The position numbers and the translations under genes were made by a program. DNA of 64,000 nucleotides from positions 4,900,001 through 4,964,000 of the forward strand of contig CM075995.1 in assembly GCA_038087875.1 (NCBI GenBank), read 5' to 3'. The stretch comes from Malacoraja senta. Taxonomy: Eukaryota. The notes under the pieces are model-generated. The model worked only from the letters and a program-made list of their open reading frames with translations. It was not told the origin of the DNA and searched no databases. This document shows, piece by piece, positions 1-12,924 of this stretch. Every line of letters starts with the position of its first letter. Position 1 is the first letter of the stretch.

Positions 1-885
1 TGTGGAATTCATTGCCACTGATGGCTGTGGAGGGAGGCCAAGTCAATGGATATTTTTAAAGCAGAATTTGACAAATTCTTGATTAGTAAGGGTGTCAGGG
101 GCTAAGGGGTGAAGGCAGGAGAATGGAGATGAGAGGGAAAGATAGATCAGCCATGATTGAATGGCGGAGTAGAATTGATGGGCTGAATGGCCTAATTCAA
201 GGTTTCAAGGTTGCAAGGTCAGTTTATTGTCACATACCAATTAAGGTACAGTGAAATTTGAAGTTGGGCAGGATAGGACTTTATTCCTTGGAGTGCAAGA
301 GGGTGAGGGGTGATCTTATAGATGTGTATAAGATCTTGAGGGGAATAGATTGGGTGAATACACAGTCTTTAACCTAAGATAGGAGAATCAAGACCCAGAG
401 GACAGGCTTAAGGTGAGAAGGAAAAGATGTAATACAAACCTGAGGGACAACTTTTTTCACACAGAGGGTGGTGGGTACATGGAACGAGATGCCAGAGGCG
501 GTAGTTGAGGCAGGTATTATAACAGCATTTAAAAGACACATGGATAGGAAATGCTTTGAGCGATATGGACCAAAGTGGCGCCTCTTGCATATGGACTCGG
601 TAGGCTGCTCTGTGTGTACTGCACTAACTGGGGCGATTGTGTTTATGTGCGGGGATAGTCTTGCGGATCTGTATGCAAGGAATGTATTTCACTGAACCCG
701 GTACACATGACAATAAAGAAACCATTGACCATCAAGCATGGAAAATGGGGGTTAGTTTAGATGGGGCATCTTGGGTGGGCATGGACAAGTTGGGCCGAAG
801 GGTCCGATTGCGTGCTGGATGGACTCATGTCTCTGTGACTAATTAATTATCCCGTTAAGTAAAAGAGGAAATGCACTATACACAA

Positions 886-1207
886 GGCGGCACAGTGGCG
901 CAGCGGTAGAGTTGCTACCTCACAGCGCTTGCAGCGCCAAAGACCCGGGTTCGATCCCGACTGCGGGTGCTGCCTGTACAGAGTTTGTACATTGACCGCA
1001 TGGGTTTTCTCTGAGATCTTCGGTTTCCTCCCACACTCCAAAGACGTACAGGTTTGTAGGTTAATTGGCTTTGGTATAAATGTAAATTATCCCGAGTGTG
1101 TGTAGGATAGTGTTAATGTGTGCGGGGATCGCTGGTCGGTGCAAACTCGGTGGGCCGAAAGGCCTGTTTCCGCGCTGTATCTCTAAACTAAACTAAACTA
1201 AACTAAA
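886..1207 (+). mobile_element. tRNA-derived V-SINE (HE1-like), full length
   Basis: A box gtggcgcagcggt, B box ggttcgatccc, central gcgtgggtttt...ggtttcctcccacactccaaagac core, CR1-type tail with (taaac)n. Confidence 0.9.
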
Positions 1208-2731
1208 CACAGTGAGAGTAGTGACTGCAGAGAGGAGCGTTTCATTGACTAACTGAATACATAACCCAGAGTTCAAATTCCAGGGCTAGCTGTTGTTGCT
1301 TGTATGAGAAGGAAAGTCAGACACAGTGCTCTGTGTGATGTTAGCTGTGCTAATATCAATTTCACAGCACATTCTGCAGGCCAGCTCATTATCTCTGGGT
1401 TTGCTGGCTTTCTACAGTAGCTCTCTCACCTGAACTGTGCATTTATTATTTTTCGCCTTTAACGTTTAATAAACTGCACACCGCACCTGCTCCCCCCCCC
1501 ACCACCCCACCTCCTCCAGAGATCAACAAAACACCCTGTGCCTTATTTCGAGCAGACTGGCTAATTAGACCAAGTGTAAGCCAGTTTATTAGATGGAGTG
1601 CTTCCCAGTGGCGGAGCATTTTAAATCGCACTGATTCCACAAATACATCCGTGATTCAACCCGATCCCGGACATTAAAAATAAGCTCTGTTTGCCTTATT
1701 ATTAGTTCCACGTGTACCGAGATGCAGTGAAAGATCTTTGCACTGCATGCTATCCGGTCAAATCATGAACACAATCAAACCACACACAATCACAACAGGT
1801 AGAGCTGGGGATATGGAGGAAAGGGGAAGAAATTTACGTGTGTTTTATTCATATGTTCATAAGTTATAGGAGCAGAATTAGCCCATTCGGCCCATCAAGT
1901 CTACTCCGCCATTCAATCATGGCTGATCTATCTCTCCCTCTCAACCCCATTCTCCTGCCTTCTTTCCATAACACCTGACACCCGTACTGATCAAGATTCT
2001 ATCAATCTAACGCCTTAAAAATATCCATTGACTTGGCCTCCACAGCCGTCTGTAGCAACGAGTTCAGCAGATTCGCCACCCTCTGGATAAAGAAATTCCT
2101 CCTCATCTCCTTTCTAAAGGTACGCGCTTGTATTCTGAGGCTGTGGTCCCTGGTCCTTGACTCACGCACGAGAGTCATAGAGTGATACAGTGTTGAAACA
2201 GGCCCTTGGGCCCAACTCGCTCACACCGGCCAACAATGTCCCAGCTACACTAGTCCCACATTGTTATCCTCTCCACATCCACACTATCCAGGCCTTTCAT
2301 TATTCGCTAAGTTTTTGAACTTTTGATTTAAAAACAAAGGTTAGATCTAATTAAAGTTGTCAGCACCAGATTAGGATGCGGGGCGGGCAAGGGACAGGGT
2401 GGGTGGTGGTGGTTAGATTATTGCAGCAGATGGACATTGAGGCAGGCGTTTAAGGCCATTTATCTTTACGCAGTGATTAAACATCTTCGTGGGATGCCTC
2501 TGCTCTTTGACAAAATACTGGATAATCTGAACCACACCTGTTTGCTGGTTGTGACGAAGATGCCTCAGGAGAGATGCTGCTTGTGTGGCCACTGCAGTCT
2601 GCTTTGCGCTGTGGATATTGTGTGTTCAAGAACAAATCCCACAAGAAAAAACGAACCAATAGCTCTTAAAGGTTCCCGACCTGAAGGATCACCTCTCCAT
2701 ATTCTCCAGAGATGCTGCCTGATCCGCTGAA

Positions 2732-3030
2732 TTTAGAGATACAGCGAGGAAACAGGCCCTTCGGTCCACCGAGTCCGCACTGACCAGCAATCCCCGCACA
2801 TTAACACTATCCTGTACACACTGGGGACAATTTGACATCAATACCAAGCCACATAACCTACAAACCTGTACGTCCTTGGAGTCTGGGAGGAAACTGAAGA
2901 TCTCGGAAAAAACCCACGCAGGTCACGGGGAGAACGTACAAACTCCGTACAGACAGCACCCGTTGTCGGAATTGAACCCGGGTCTCTGGCTCTGTAAGGC
3001 AGTAGCTCTACTGCTACACCACCATGTCAC
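2732..3030 (-). mobile_element. HE1-like SINE nested in a pLTR remnant
   Basis: The host pLTR is split at about 2731/3035; the whole unit is flanked by caatagctcttaa repeats. Confidence 0.85.
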
Positions 3031-3519
3031 CTCCAGTTACTCCAGCATTTGGTCTCTTTCTTTGGTATAAACCAGCATCTGCAGTTCCTTGTTAATACAA
3101 TAGCTCTTAATGTCAGGTTCATACCATGCGCATGTAGCTTATTTTGCATTTAGAGTGAAACTTTCCAAATGCAATATTTTGCTGTCATGAGAAAGTTGCT
3201 GAAGAAAATTGGAGATTAATTGGGGCCTGTTGTGTCTCTGCCATTTGAAACTGTGAGGCAAAAGAAAAAAAGACCTTCGCCCAGCAGTTTGTCTTCCGTC
3301 AGAAGCACTAACTAGAGCCAAATACAAAGAAAAGTTTGACCACACATTGTTTTCATTTAGTCTGCTGCAAGTGATGGCAGATATTGCTACGACATTCCTA
3401 AGGATTACTCGGAAGTATCACAGGAGTCTGTTTCTAACAATTAGTCTCCCTCTAGACCAAGGTACACAAAGAAAACCGAAGTGGACCCAGAGGTCCTGCA
3501 GAGTTTCATTGTCCGTATA

Positions 3520-3800
3520 ACTCGTTACCACCTGGCCCACTGGCAGCAATGGACCATTGTGGGCTCCACCTTTCCTTGATCGTCGTTACTTTTTGCATAT
3601 CTTTCGTTCATTTGTTCTATTATCTCTCTGTATCACTGTCTATATCTCTCGTTTCCCTTTCCCTTGACTCTCAGTCTGAAGAAGGGTCTCGACTCGAAAC
3701 GTCATCTGTACTTTTTCTCCAGAGATGCTGCCGGACTCGTTGAGTTACTCCAGCTTTTTATGTCCATCTTCGGTTTAAACCAGCATCTGCAGGTCTTTCC
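3520..3800 (+). mobile_element. Penelope pLTR remnant
   Basis: Same family as 25368-25655; hammerhead-like core at 3676-3703. Confidence 0.8.
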
Positions 3801-4061
3801 AATGCAGAAGTCCTGTTCTCTGAACCTCTGCTAGTGTACGTGGTGATCGCTGGTTGGCGTGGAGCCGGTGGGCCGAAGGGCCTGTTTCTGCGCTGTATCT
3901 CTAAAGTCTAAAGTAAATTAAACCACCGCCAGTGTACTACACTTGCCATACATCATAGTGTCTTACAGCGTGGAAACAGGCCTTTCGGCCCAACGCCCAC
4001 ACTGACCAACATGTCCCATCTAATCCCACCTGCCTGCATTTGTCCCATATCCCTCTAAACT

Positions 4062-4965
4062 TCAAAGTAACATTAGCAAATTTGCAGATGACACAAAGCT
4101 GGGTGGCAGTGTGAACTGTGAGGAGGATGCTATGAGATTACAGAGTGACTTGGACAGGTTGGGTGAGTGGGCAGATGCATGGCAGATGCAGTTTAATGTG
4201 GATAAATGTGAGGTTATCCACTTTGGTAGCAAAAACAGGAAGGCAGATTACTATCTAAATGCTGTCAAGTTGGGAAAAGGGGAAGTACAACGGGATCTGG
4301 AGGGGTCCTTGTTCATCAGTCAATGAAAGTAAGCATGCAGGTACAGCAGGCAGTGAAGAAAGCGATTGGCATGTTATAACATGCCATTTATAACAAGAGG
4401 AGTTCAGTATAGGAGCAAAGAGGTCCTTCTGCAGTTATATAGGGCCCTAGTGAGACCACACCTGTAGTATTTTGGTCCCCTAATTTGAGGAAGGACATTC
4501 TTGCTATTGAGGGAGTGCAGCGTAGGTTTACAAGGTTAATTCCCGCGATGGCGGGACTGTCATATGCTGAGGGAATGGAGCGGCTGAGCTTGTATACTCT
4601 GGAGTTTAGAAGGATGAGAGGGTATCTTATTGAGACATTTGAGATTATTAAGGGTTTGGACACGATAGAGGCAGGAAACATGTTCCCAATGTTGGGGGAG
4701 TCCAGAACCAGGGGCCCCAGTTTAAGAATAAGGGGTAAGCTACTTAGGACGGAGACGAGGAAACACTTTTTCTCGCAGAGAGTTGTGAGTCTGTGGAATT
4801 CTCTGCCTCTGAGGGCAGTGGAGGCCGGTTCTCTGGAAACTTTCAAGAGAGAGCTAGATAGGGCTCTTAAAGAAAGCGGAGTCAGGGGATATGGGGAGAA
4901 GGCAGGAACGGGGTTCTGCTCGAAGGGCAAATGGCCTACTCCTGCACCTATTGTCTATTGTCTAT
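4062..4965 (+). mobile_element. CR1 (HER1-like) LINE 3' fragment
   Basis: ISKFADDTKLGG...LQSDLDRLGEWA and RKDILAIEGVQRRFTRLIP...FFSQRVVSLWNSLP, followed by the 3' UTR tail. Confidence 0.92.
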
Positions 4966-5315
4966 AAACCTATCCTATCCATGTACCTATCTAAATGTTA
5001 CGTAAACGTTGCAATAGTCCCTGACTCAACTACCTCCTCCAGCAGCTCGTTCCATACACCAACCACCCTTTGCATGAAAATGTTACCCCTTAGGTCCCTA
5101 TTAAATCTTTCCCCCCTCACCTTAAAACTTTGTCCTCTTCTTCTCGACTTGCATACTCTGGCCAAGAGATTTTGTGTGTCAACTCGATCTATTTCTCTCA
5201 TGCTTTTGTACACCTTTATAAGATCACCCCAACCTCCTGCGCTCCAAGGAATAGAGTCCTATCCTGCTCAACCTTTCCCTATACTGTAGCTCAGCCCCTC
5301 GTGTTCTGGCAACAG

Positions 5316-5625
5316 AGCAGCGCGGTGGTGCAACGGTAGAGTTGCTGCCTCACAGCGCCAGAGACCCGGGTTTGATCCTGACTACGGGTGCTGTCTGTGC
5401 AGAGTTTGTACATTCACCCCGTGAGCTGCGTGGGTATTTCTCCGGAATCTCCGGTTTCCTCTCACACTCCAAAGACGTGCAGGTTCGTAGGTAAATTGGC
5501 TTGGTAAAATTGTAAATTGTCCCTGACGTGCGTAGTATAGTGTAGGTATGCGGGGATCGCTGGTCGGCGCGGGCACTGTGGGCCGAAGGGTATGTTTCCT
5601 TGCTGTAAAACTTCTCTAAAACTTT
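5316..5625 (+). mobile_element. HE1-like SINE
   Basis: A/B boxes, V core and tail. Confidence 0.88.
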
Positions 5626-8095
5626 AAAAAGAAACATCCTGCTAAATCATATTGTGAATTATTCCTCTGCTGCATCACACAGACAACCTGATGTGCATTT
5701 GAATGAATCGACATTAGCTATTCTGTTGTCTCCCTGCGATCTCGGTTCACAGACTGCCCACTCACTCAATCAAACTTGTTTCCACAGGCATGTTTTAAAT
5801 TTACCTTCCTCACACACTCCATGAACTCTGCTTCTATTCTGGGCAAGATGAAGCAGTTCATCCTGTCCTTTATAGAACCTCATGAAGGTCCAATACACAC
5901 TATCCCCCCCCCTTTTCTTTCCAGTAAAAACACACTCAATTAAGGATACGGATTGCTCTTTCTACAACCTCTGACACCCGTACTAATCAAGAATCTATCT
6001 ATCTCTGCCGTAATATAATCCATTAACTTGGCCTCCTTCACCAGTGAGTCAGTGAAATTTTTAACACAGGGATTTATTTTAACGGCAGCGAGAGATATTT
6101 GTGCAAAAGCGATCACAGAAAGCAAATTCAACAAATACAGCATCAACAAAATCTGACGAGACTGTGCCATGCTTAAAACTAAGTTGTTCCTGCTAATCCG
6201 GTTGAATTTTTATTAAGATAGAAGCTTTGTGTATTAATATGGTGTTGAAAATTATATTTTATACTGAAGTTCCACCAAATGATTATTATTTTTTTCTGAA
6301 GTTAGACACCAAAAGCTGGAGTAACTCAGCGGGACGGGCGGCATCTCTGGAGAAAAGGAATAGGTGACGTTTCAGGTCAAGACCTTCCTTCGTTACCTCT
6401 TCCTTCTCTCCAGAGAAGCTGCCTGACCCGTTGAGTTACTCCAGTGTTTTGTGTCTATCTTCCATTTAAACCAGCTTCTGCAGTTCCTTCCCACACAATT
6501 CAGATTTTCTCTTTTCTGGGTGTGGAGATGGGGTGGGGTAGAGTGGGGGAAGGGAGGGGTCGGTGAAGAGAAGGCTGGAGAAATATCAAGAGCATGACTA
6601 ATCGTTACAAGGAATAAGAAACGTCAGATTGTTAACAGTTGTGACTGCTATTATATATCCTGCAGTCTTAATTAATCTTCCAAATAATAATAGGTTTACC
6701 TGCAATTGGGTGGAGTAAATTTGAGTTTGAGTGGCTTGCTTCCAATCTGTAAAAATATCTTAATATTGTTAAGACTGATAAATTGCAAATATTTTTTCAA
6801 ATGAATCTTAACCAAAATTGATGAGAGAGCAATATTTACTGACCAAGTAATTGAACACTTCAAAATGTTAACGTTTTTAGTTGTTGCCAGTCTCTGTCAA
6901 TGTTTAAAATCCAGCTTTTTGCACAGTTTAATTTAATACTTGGTGCAATGGTTAATTAGTTTGTGTGGATTTGTGTCCAAGGGAAGTGGGGAAGGGGGGG
7001 TCAAACAATTCAATTGAAATGCAAACTTCCTTTGTGACTCGTTGAATGGAGCTGCCACATTTAATTTAATTCCTGTCATGGTCAGCATTTCAGAAGTCTT
7101 AAGAGTTCCACACTTGCATGGACCAGTTTTATTCCTGACGGTCACTTCTGTCCCCAAAAAAAGCAGTGGTTACCGATCCGTAGCAAATTGTTCAGTCTTC
7201 CTCCAATTACGTATCTCAATGTCCCTCCCCAACCACAAACCCATGACGTTGATCTTTACAGAGTAGTAACCGAGAGAGTGTAGGAAGGAACTGCAGATGT
7301 TGGTTTAAACTGAAGATAAGACACCAAAAGCTGGAGTAACTCAGCGGGTCAGGCAGCATCTCTGGAGAAAAGGAAGAGGTGGCGTTTCGGGTCGAAACCC
7401 TTCTTCAGACGACAGATAGAGATAGAACCGAGATAGAGTGGATATGGATAGAGTGGGCTGGATAATGGATGTGGAGCAGATGTTTCCAATAGTGAGAGGT
7501 TCTTGGACCAGAGGGCACATGCTCAGAATAAAAGCACGTACCTTTAAGATGGAGATGAGGAGGAATTTCTTCAGCCAGAGGGTGGTGAATCTGTGGAATT
7601 CATTGCTACAGGCGGTGGGTAAGCCAAGTCATTAGGTATTTTTAAGGTAGAGATTGATAGCTTCTTGATTAGTAAGGTCGTTAAAGGTTACGGGGAGAAG
7701 GCAGGAGAATGAGGTTGAGAGGGAGAGATAGATCATCCATGATCCAATGGCTGATGCAGACTTCATGGGCCGAATGGCCTAATTCTGCTCCTACTTCTTC
7801 TGATCTTAAGAATGAGGATGCGAAAACAAGGATTTAATTTTTTCATAAGGATGTGAACACAGACTCAAACCTTTATGCCTGCATCCCCATACAATTCTTA
7901 CGCATAGAAAATGGACCTGTTTGCAACTATTCTTTTTAATAAACTTCTTGCAGTAGTTTTGATGCGTTTACATGCTTTTAATGTTGAGATCCTGTCCATC
8001 AGTAAATTGGACCAGGCACTTCTTGTTACTCTCCCAATACGGGTCTCTTATAATTGTAATATTGTGTGCATTAGGGGACATCAAAGCCTCTAGGC

Positions 8096-8319
8096 CAGGG
8101 ATTCCCAACCTTTTTCGTCCCGTTTACCCCTGGCAACTTTAATAGCACATAACAATGTTATCTCACTTATTTATGAACAACTAATGAACAGATACCAGAA
8201 CCAAACACAGTCAGTCAATGAGAAAAATATATGTACAAATCCAGAATCAACAAATTTACCTCCTGGGCAGGCGAGATTTACCCCCTGGGGGTAAATTTAC
8301 CTCAGGTTGGGAACCCTTG
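8096..8319. mobile_element. hAT (Charlie-like) MITE
   Basis: TIRs cagggattcccaacct / aggttgggaacccttg; 8-bp TSD ctctaggc / ctttaggc. Confidence 0.88.
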
Positions 8320-11300
8320 CTTTAGGCTTATGTTATTTACTTCATGACCAAAGTTTTATCAAAACAATCTTCAAGTATATAAATCACAAGCAGGCAGAGG
8401 CGAGTAGCTTAACTTGGCATCGTGTTCAGCATGGACAAATGTTCATAAATGAAAGGAGCAGAATTAGGCCATTCGGCCCATCAAGTCTACTCCGCCATTC
8501 ATTCATGGCTGATCTATCTTTTCCTCTCAACCCCATTCTCCTGCCTTCTCCCCATAACCCCTGACACTCGTACTAATCAAGAATCTATCCATCTCTGCCT
8601 TATAAATATCCATTAACTTGGCCACCACAGCCTTCTGTGGCAAGAAAATCACCCTCTGACTAAAGAAATTCCTCCTTATCTCCTTCCATGGTGGGCTGAA
8701 GATCTTGTTCCGTGATTTTTTACGATGCATAACACTTGGAATCTTGGAATATATCAATGCTGAAAGTAGTGAATAATAAGTGAACCAATGTGATTGCCCA
8801 GGGCACTATTTTTACTTCTGTACATGTATTGCCTATAGTTTTCATTTTTAGAAATTGTTGCCAGTTACCTATGTAAAATCAAGGGCTCTGTGATGCTGCT
8901 AACCACAGGCCCCTGAGGATGTGGATCCCATGTTGCAGCTGAGATTAGGAGCGGGGGGGGGTTGCAGGCAGGTGTGAATGGCACAGTGGCACAGTGGTAG
9001 AGTTGCTGCCTTGCAGCGTCAGAGACAATAGACAATAAACAACGGACAATATAGATTCGATCCCGACTACAGGTACTGTCTGTACGGAGTTTGTACGTTC
9101 TCCCTGTGACTGCGTGGTTTCATCCATCACTAAAGACACACACGTTTGTGGTTAATTGGCTTTGGTAAAATTGTAAATTGTCCATGATATGTAAGATAGT
9201 GCTTAGTGTACGGGATGATTGCTGGTTGGCACAGATTCGGTGGGCTGAAAGGCCTGTTTCCGCGCTGTATCTCTAAGGTCAAAATTCTAAAGGTGGGACT
9301 AGCATAGATGGGTATCTTGGTCGGCATGGGTAAGTTGTGCCGAAGGGCCTGTTTCCGTGATGTGTGACTCGATTACTCCAAGTGACCAAGGGGTATGAAC
9401 ATCAAACAATCTTCAAGGATATAGATCACAAGCAGCCAGAGGCGAGTAGCTTAACTTGGCATCATATTCAGCATGGACAAAAGCTCATGAGTCCTTCAGT
9501 CATAGGAGCGGAATTTGGCCATTCGGCCCATCAAGTCTACTCTGCCGTTTGAGGTCAATGATGATCTCCCATGTAGATACATGCGCCTTCACCCTCTCCC
9601 ATTGTATTCCCGACAATTACCACCGCCTCCCATCTTTTTCACCATTCCCCTCCTCATCTGTTCTCCATCAGCTCTGAGATCCACTGTAAGGCATGTAAGT
9701 TCAATTTTAATAACCTTAAGAGGAAGAAGACCACAATATCAATGTCTTAACGTAATCAGGTCGTAATTTTGCAAATGCTTTCTTTGTTAGTTAGGATTTG
9801 ACAATCCAATAAGCAAAATTCACATACGGCAGCTCAAGTTTAATGAGATGCAGTATTTAAGGTAACATTTAACCCGCACTTCTTCCCCTCCCCACCCCCC
9901 TCACTTCCTTGTGAACCATCTGGACTCGCATTCAATTCTCCCCTCCCCTTCCCCTTCCCCTTCCACCTATATTCCTTCCTCTGGCTTTACAATTCGCAAC
10001 TTCTATCCTTATAGAGTCATAGAGTGATACAGTATGGAAACACGCCCTTCGGCCCAACTCGTCCACACCGGCCAACATGTCCCATCTACACTAGTCCCAC
10101 CTGTCTGCGTCCGGCCCATATCTGTCTGAACCTGTCCTATCCATGTACCTGTCTAAATGTTTCTTAAGCCTTGCGATAATACCTGCATCAACTATCTCCT
10201 CCAGAGATAAACTCTGTGACTCTATAATCTTTGCAACAATGCAATGATGGGGATTCATTTCAATAACCGTTGATCAGAGGATGCTGTTGGAAGGGTTTGC
10301 TTCACAACTTCTGCTGAAAATATTCATTTCTCATTTAGTTAACGGAAGACGGGTCCCTCCCTCGTGCTCTGTGGCAGGGCTATAAAGTGGTTATTAGCAC
10401 AAAATGCTACTCTATGGGCAGATGAAGATGATTGGGGTTGGATGAGTCTTATGAATTAATTGCAACTTCTCCATTGCTTTTTAATAGGAGCTCATTTGGT
10501 GATGAAATGATCGTCTGCCAACATCTCTTTTGCAAATCAAAATTGAAGATATTGTTTCCATAACTCATATTGCGAGCTCAGGAGTCCACGAAGAAGCGGT
10601 TTCGACCCGATACGTCACCTATTCCTTCTCTCCAGAGATGCTGCCTGGTCCGCTGGGTTACTCCAGCGTTTTGTATCTATCTCTGGTGTGAAGCAGCATC
10701 TGCAGTTCCTTGTTAATACAATAGCTCTCAATGTCAGATTCATAACATGCGCATGTGGCATATTTTGCATTCAACACATTTCAAGCGTTGCTTAGAAACA
10801 TAGAAACACAGAAAATAGGTGCAGTAGGCCCTTCGGCCCTTCGAGCCAGCACCGCCATTCAATATGATCATGGCTCATCAATCAAAATCAGTAAAGTAAA
10901 ATCAGTAGCTGTTCCTGCTTTTTCCCCATATCCCTTCACAGCTCTAAGAGCTAAATCTAACTCTCTCTAATTAAAGCAAGATGTGGAAGCCGATTGTGCA
11001 CTAACTAGTCGACATGCTCCGCTTCACATGTGACCTGGGTTTTGAGGGCTGTCAGCTGATTCTGTGGCATGTGACAGTCAGCTGCTTGATTACAGCTGCT
11101 GTTGCTCTGTTTACTTGTGCTGACTCCAGTTGTTATCCCAAGAAAACAGAACCTTGCAAGACATCCATGACCTCACCCCCAGTTCCCATGTAGGAAATAG
11201 CAAGGCACTCTTGTGGTTGCATAATTGTGGGGGAATCCACTGACACATACACGCTGATGAGTGCAGGTTACAACACTCATCCTTTCCAGTGTCTTTTTGA

Positions 11301-11794
11301 CATTAAACAAACTTTGTTAATAGTTCTACTTTGGCAGAATTCTTTATTTTAAACAAACTTTGCTAATAGCGCTAAACTTTGGCAGAGTTCTTTATATGAA
11401 AATGAACATATGATATAATATTAATATTTTTTAAATAAGTTATATTAACAAATCTCTGGAGAGAAGGAATAGGTGACGTATCGGGTCGAGACCACTTCTT
11501 CGTGACTCCTGAGCTCGCAATATGAGTTATGGAAACAATATCTTCAATTTTGATTTGCAAAAGAGATGTTGAGCAAGATGAAGAGGAGAGGGGAGGGAGT
11601 GCTGGGGGATGAGTGGGAATGGAGGAGGATAGGGGTAGGAAGAGGGATGGCGAGGCGCAGTTGGGGGAGGGTTGTCGTGACTCGCGTCACAACGGGAACC
11701 CCTGAGCCGTGCCTGTGCAGTTGGGGGCTATGGGTCAGTGGTGGATGGGCCCAACGGGTGCGCACCTGGTCTAGTCTTCTCCTATATTCTTTAA

Positions 11795-12121
11795 AGCCCT
11801 GTCCCACTGTACGAGTTCATTCAAGAGTTCTCCCCGTTTGCCCTGATTCGAACTCGGAGATTTACGCTAATGGCCGCTCGTCGGTACTCGGGGCTCTCGT
11901 GGACATTTTTCAACATGTTGAAAAATCTTCACGAGTCTTCCCGAGCTTACCTGTCGTTAGCGAGTCTTCCCGAGTACCCGCCGTTAGCGTTACGAGCCCC
12001 TAAGAGACGTCCCCGAGCTCCAACGTACCCGCCACGTTCATTCTACGTGCTTAACACGAGTTTGATTTTTTTTTAAACTCGGGAGAGCTCTTGGATGAAC
12101 TCTTACAATGGGACAGGGCCA
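11795..12121. mobile_element. PIF/Harbinger-like MITE
   Basis: About 40-bp imperfect TIRs (gccctgtcccactgtacgagttcattcaagagttctccc / gggagagctcttggatgaactcttacaatgggacagggc) with TAA / TTA flanks. Confidence 0.75.
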
Positions 12122-12924
12122 TTACTCTGGCTTCACAATTCGCAACTCTTCAATCTATCTGTCTCACACCTTCAGCTCTAATTTCTTGCCTTTGTTCCAG
12201 CCATCTGGTTATCAATAACCTCCCTCGCCTGTGTGCACTTATTACATGTCATGGTTTGTCTCTCCCCACCCCCCCCGTCCCCCCCCCCCCCCGTCCCCCA
12301 ACCTCCAACCCCCCCACAATCAGTCTGAAGAACGATCCCAACACAAAATGTCACCTATGCATGTTCTCCAGAGACTTTGCTTGAACTGCTGAGTTACTCC
12401 AGCATTTAGTGTTAATAATTCTGGACTTTGGCAGAGTTCTTGATATTAAACAAACTGTGGTAATAGTTCTGGACTTTGGCAGAGTTTATTCAAATTAGAG
12501 AAAGGACCTTTTGTTGGATTCTTAACTATTTTTACACACAATAAAGTCTTTATATCTATCTTTATTTGTACAATTGGCACTGGCAAAAGAAGTGGATTGA
12601 TTTCATCCAGGTTTATTGTTAGCAACATTCATGGGTGTTGAAGTGAGCTGAGATTAATGTTTAACTCTGGATTTGTGCTGGTTGGAGGTGTTCACATGTT
12701 TTCCATGTCTTATCGGCGGGGACATTGTTACGACTCTGGGTGTGTGATCTCCAAGATACACTGAAATATTGGTTGAGTTTAGTTTAGAGATACAGCGTGG
12801 AAATAGGCCCTTCATCCCACTGAGTCCGCGCCGACTGGCGATAACCCGTGCACTAGTTCTATCCTGCACACCTCTCAAACCCCATTCTCCTGCCTTCTCC
12901 CCATAACCCCTGACACCATGGAGT

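Noticed and set aside
886..970. tRNA gene (A and B boxes)
   Set aside because: It is the head of an HE1/V-SINE, continues into the SINE core and tail, and is repeated many times in the window.
11300..12490. CRISPR-like repeat array
   Set aside because: The units are contiguous minisatellite-like copies without unique spacers; there are no cas genes and the context is a eukaryotic intron.
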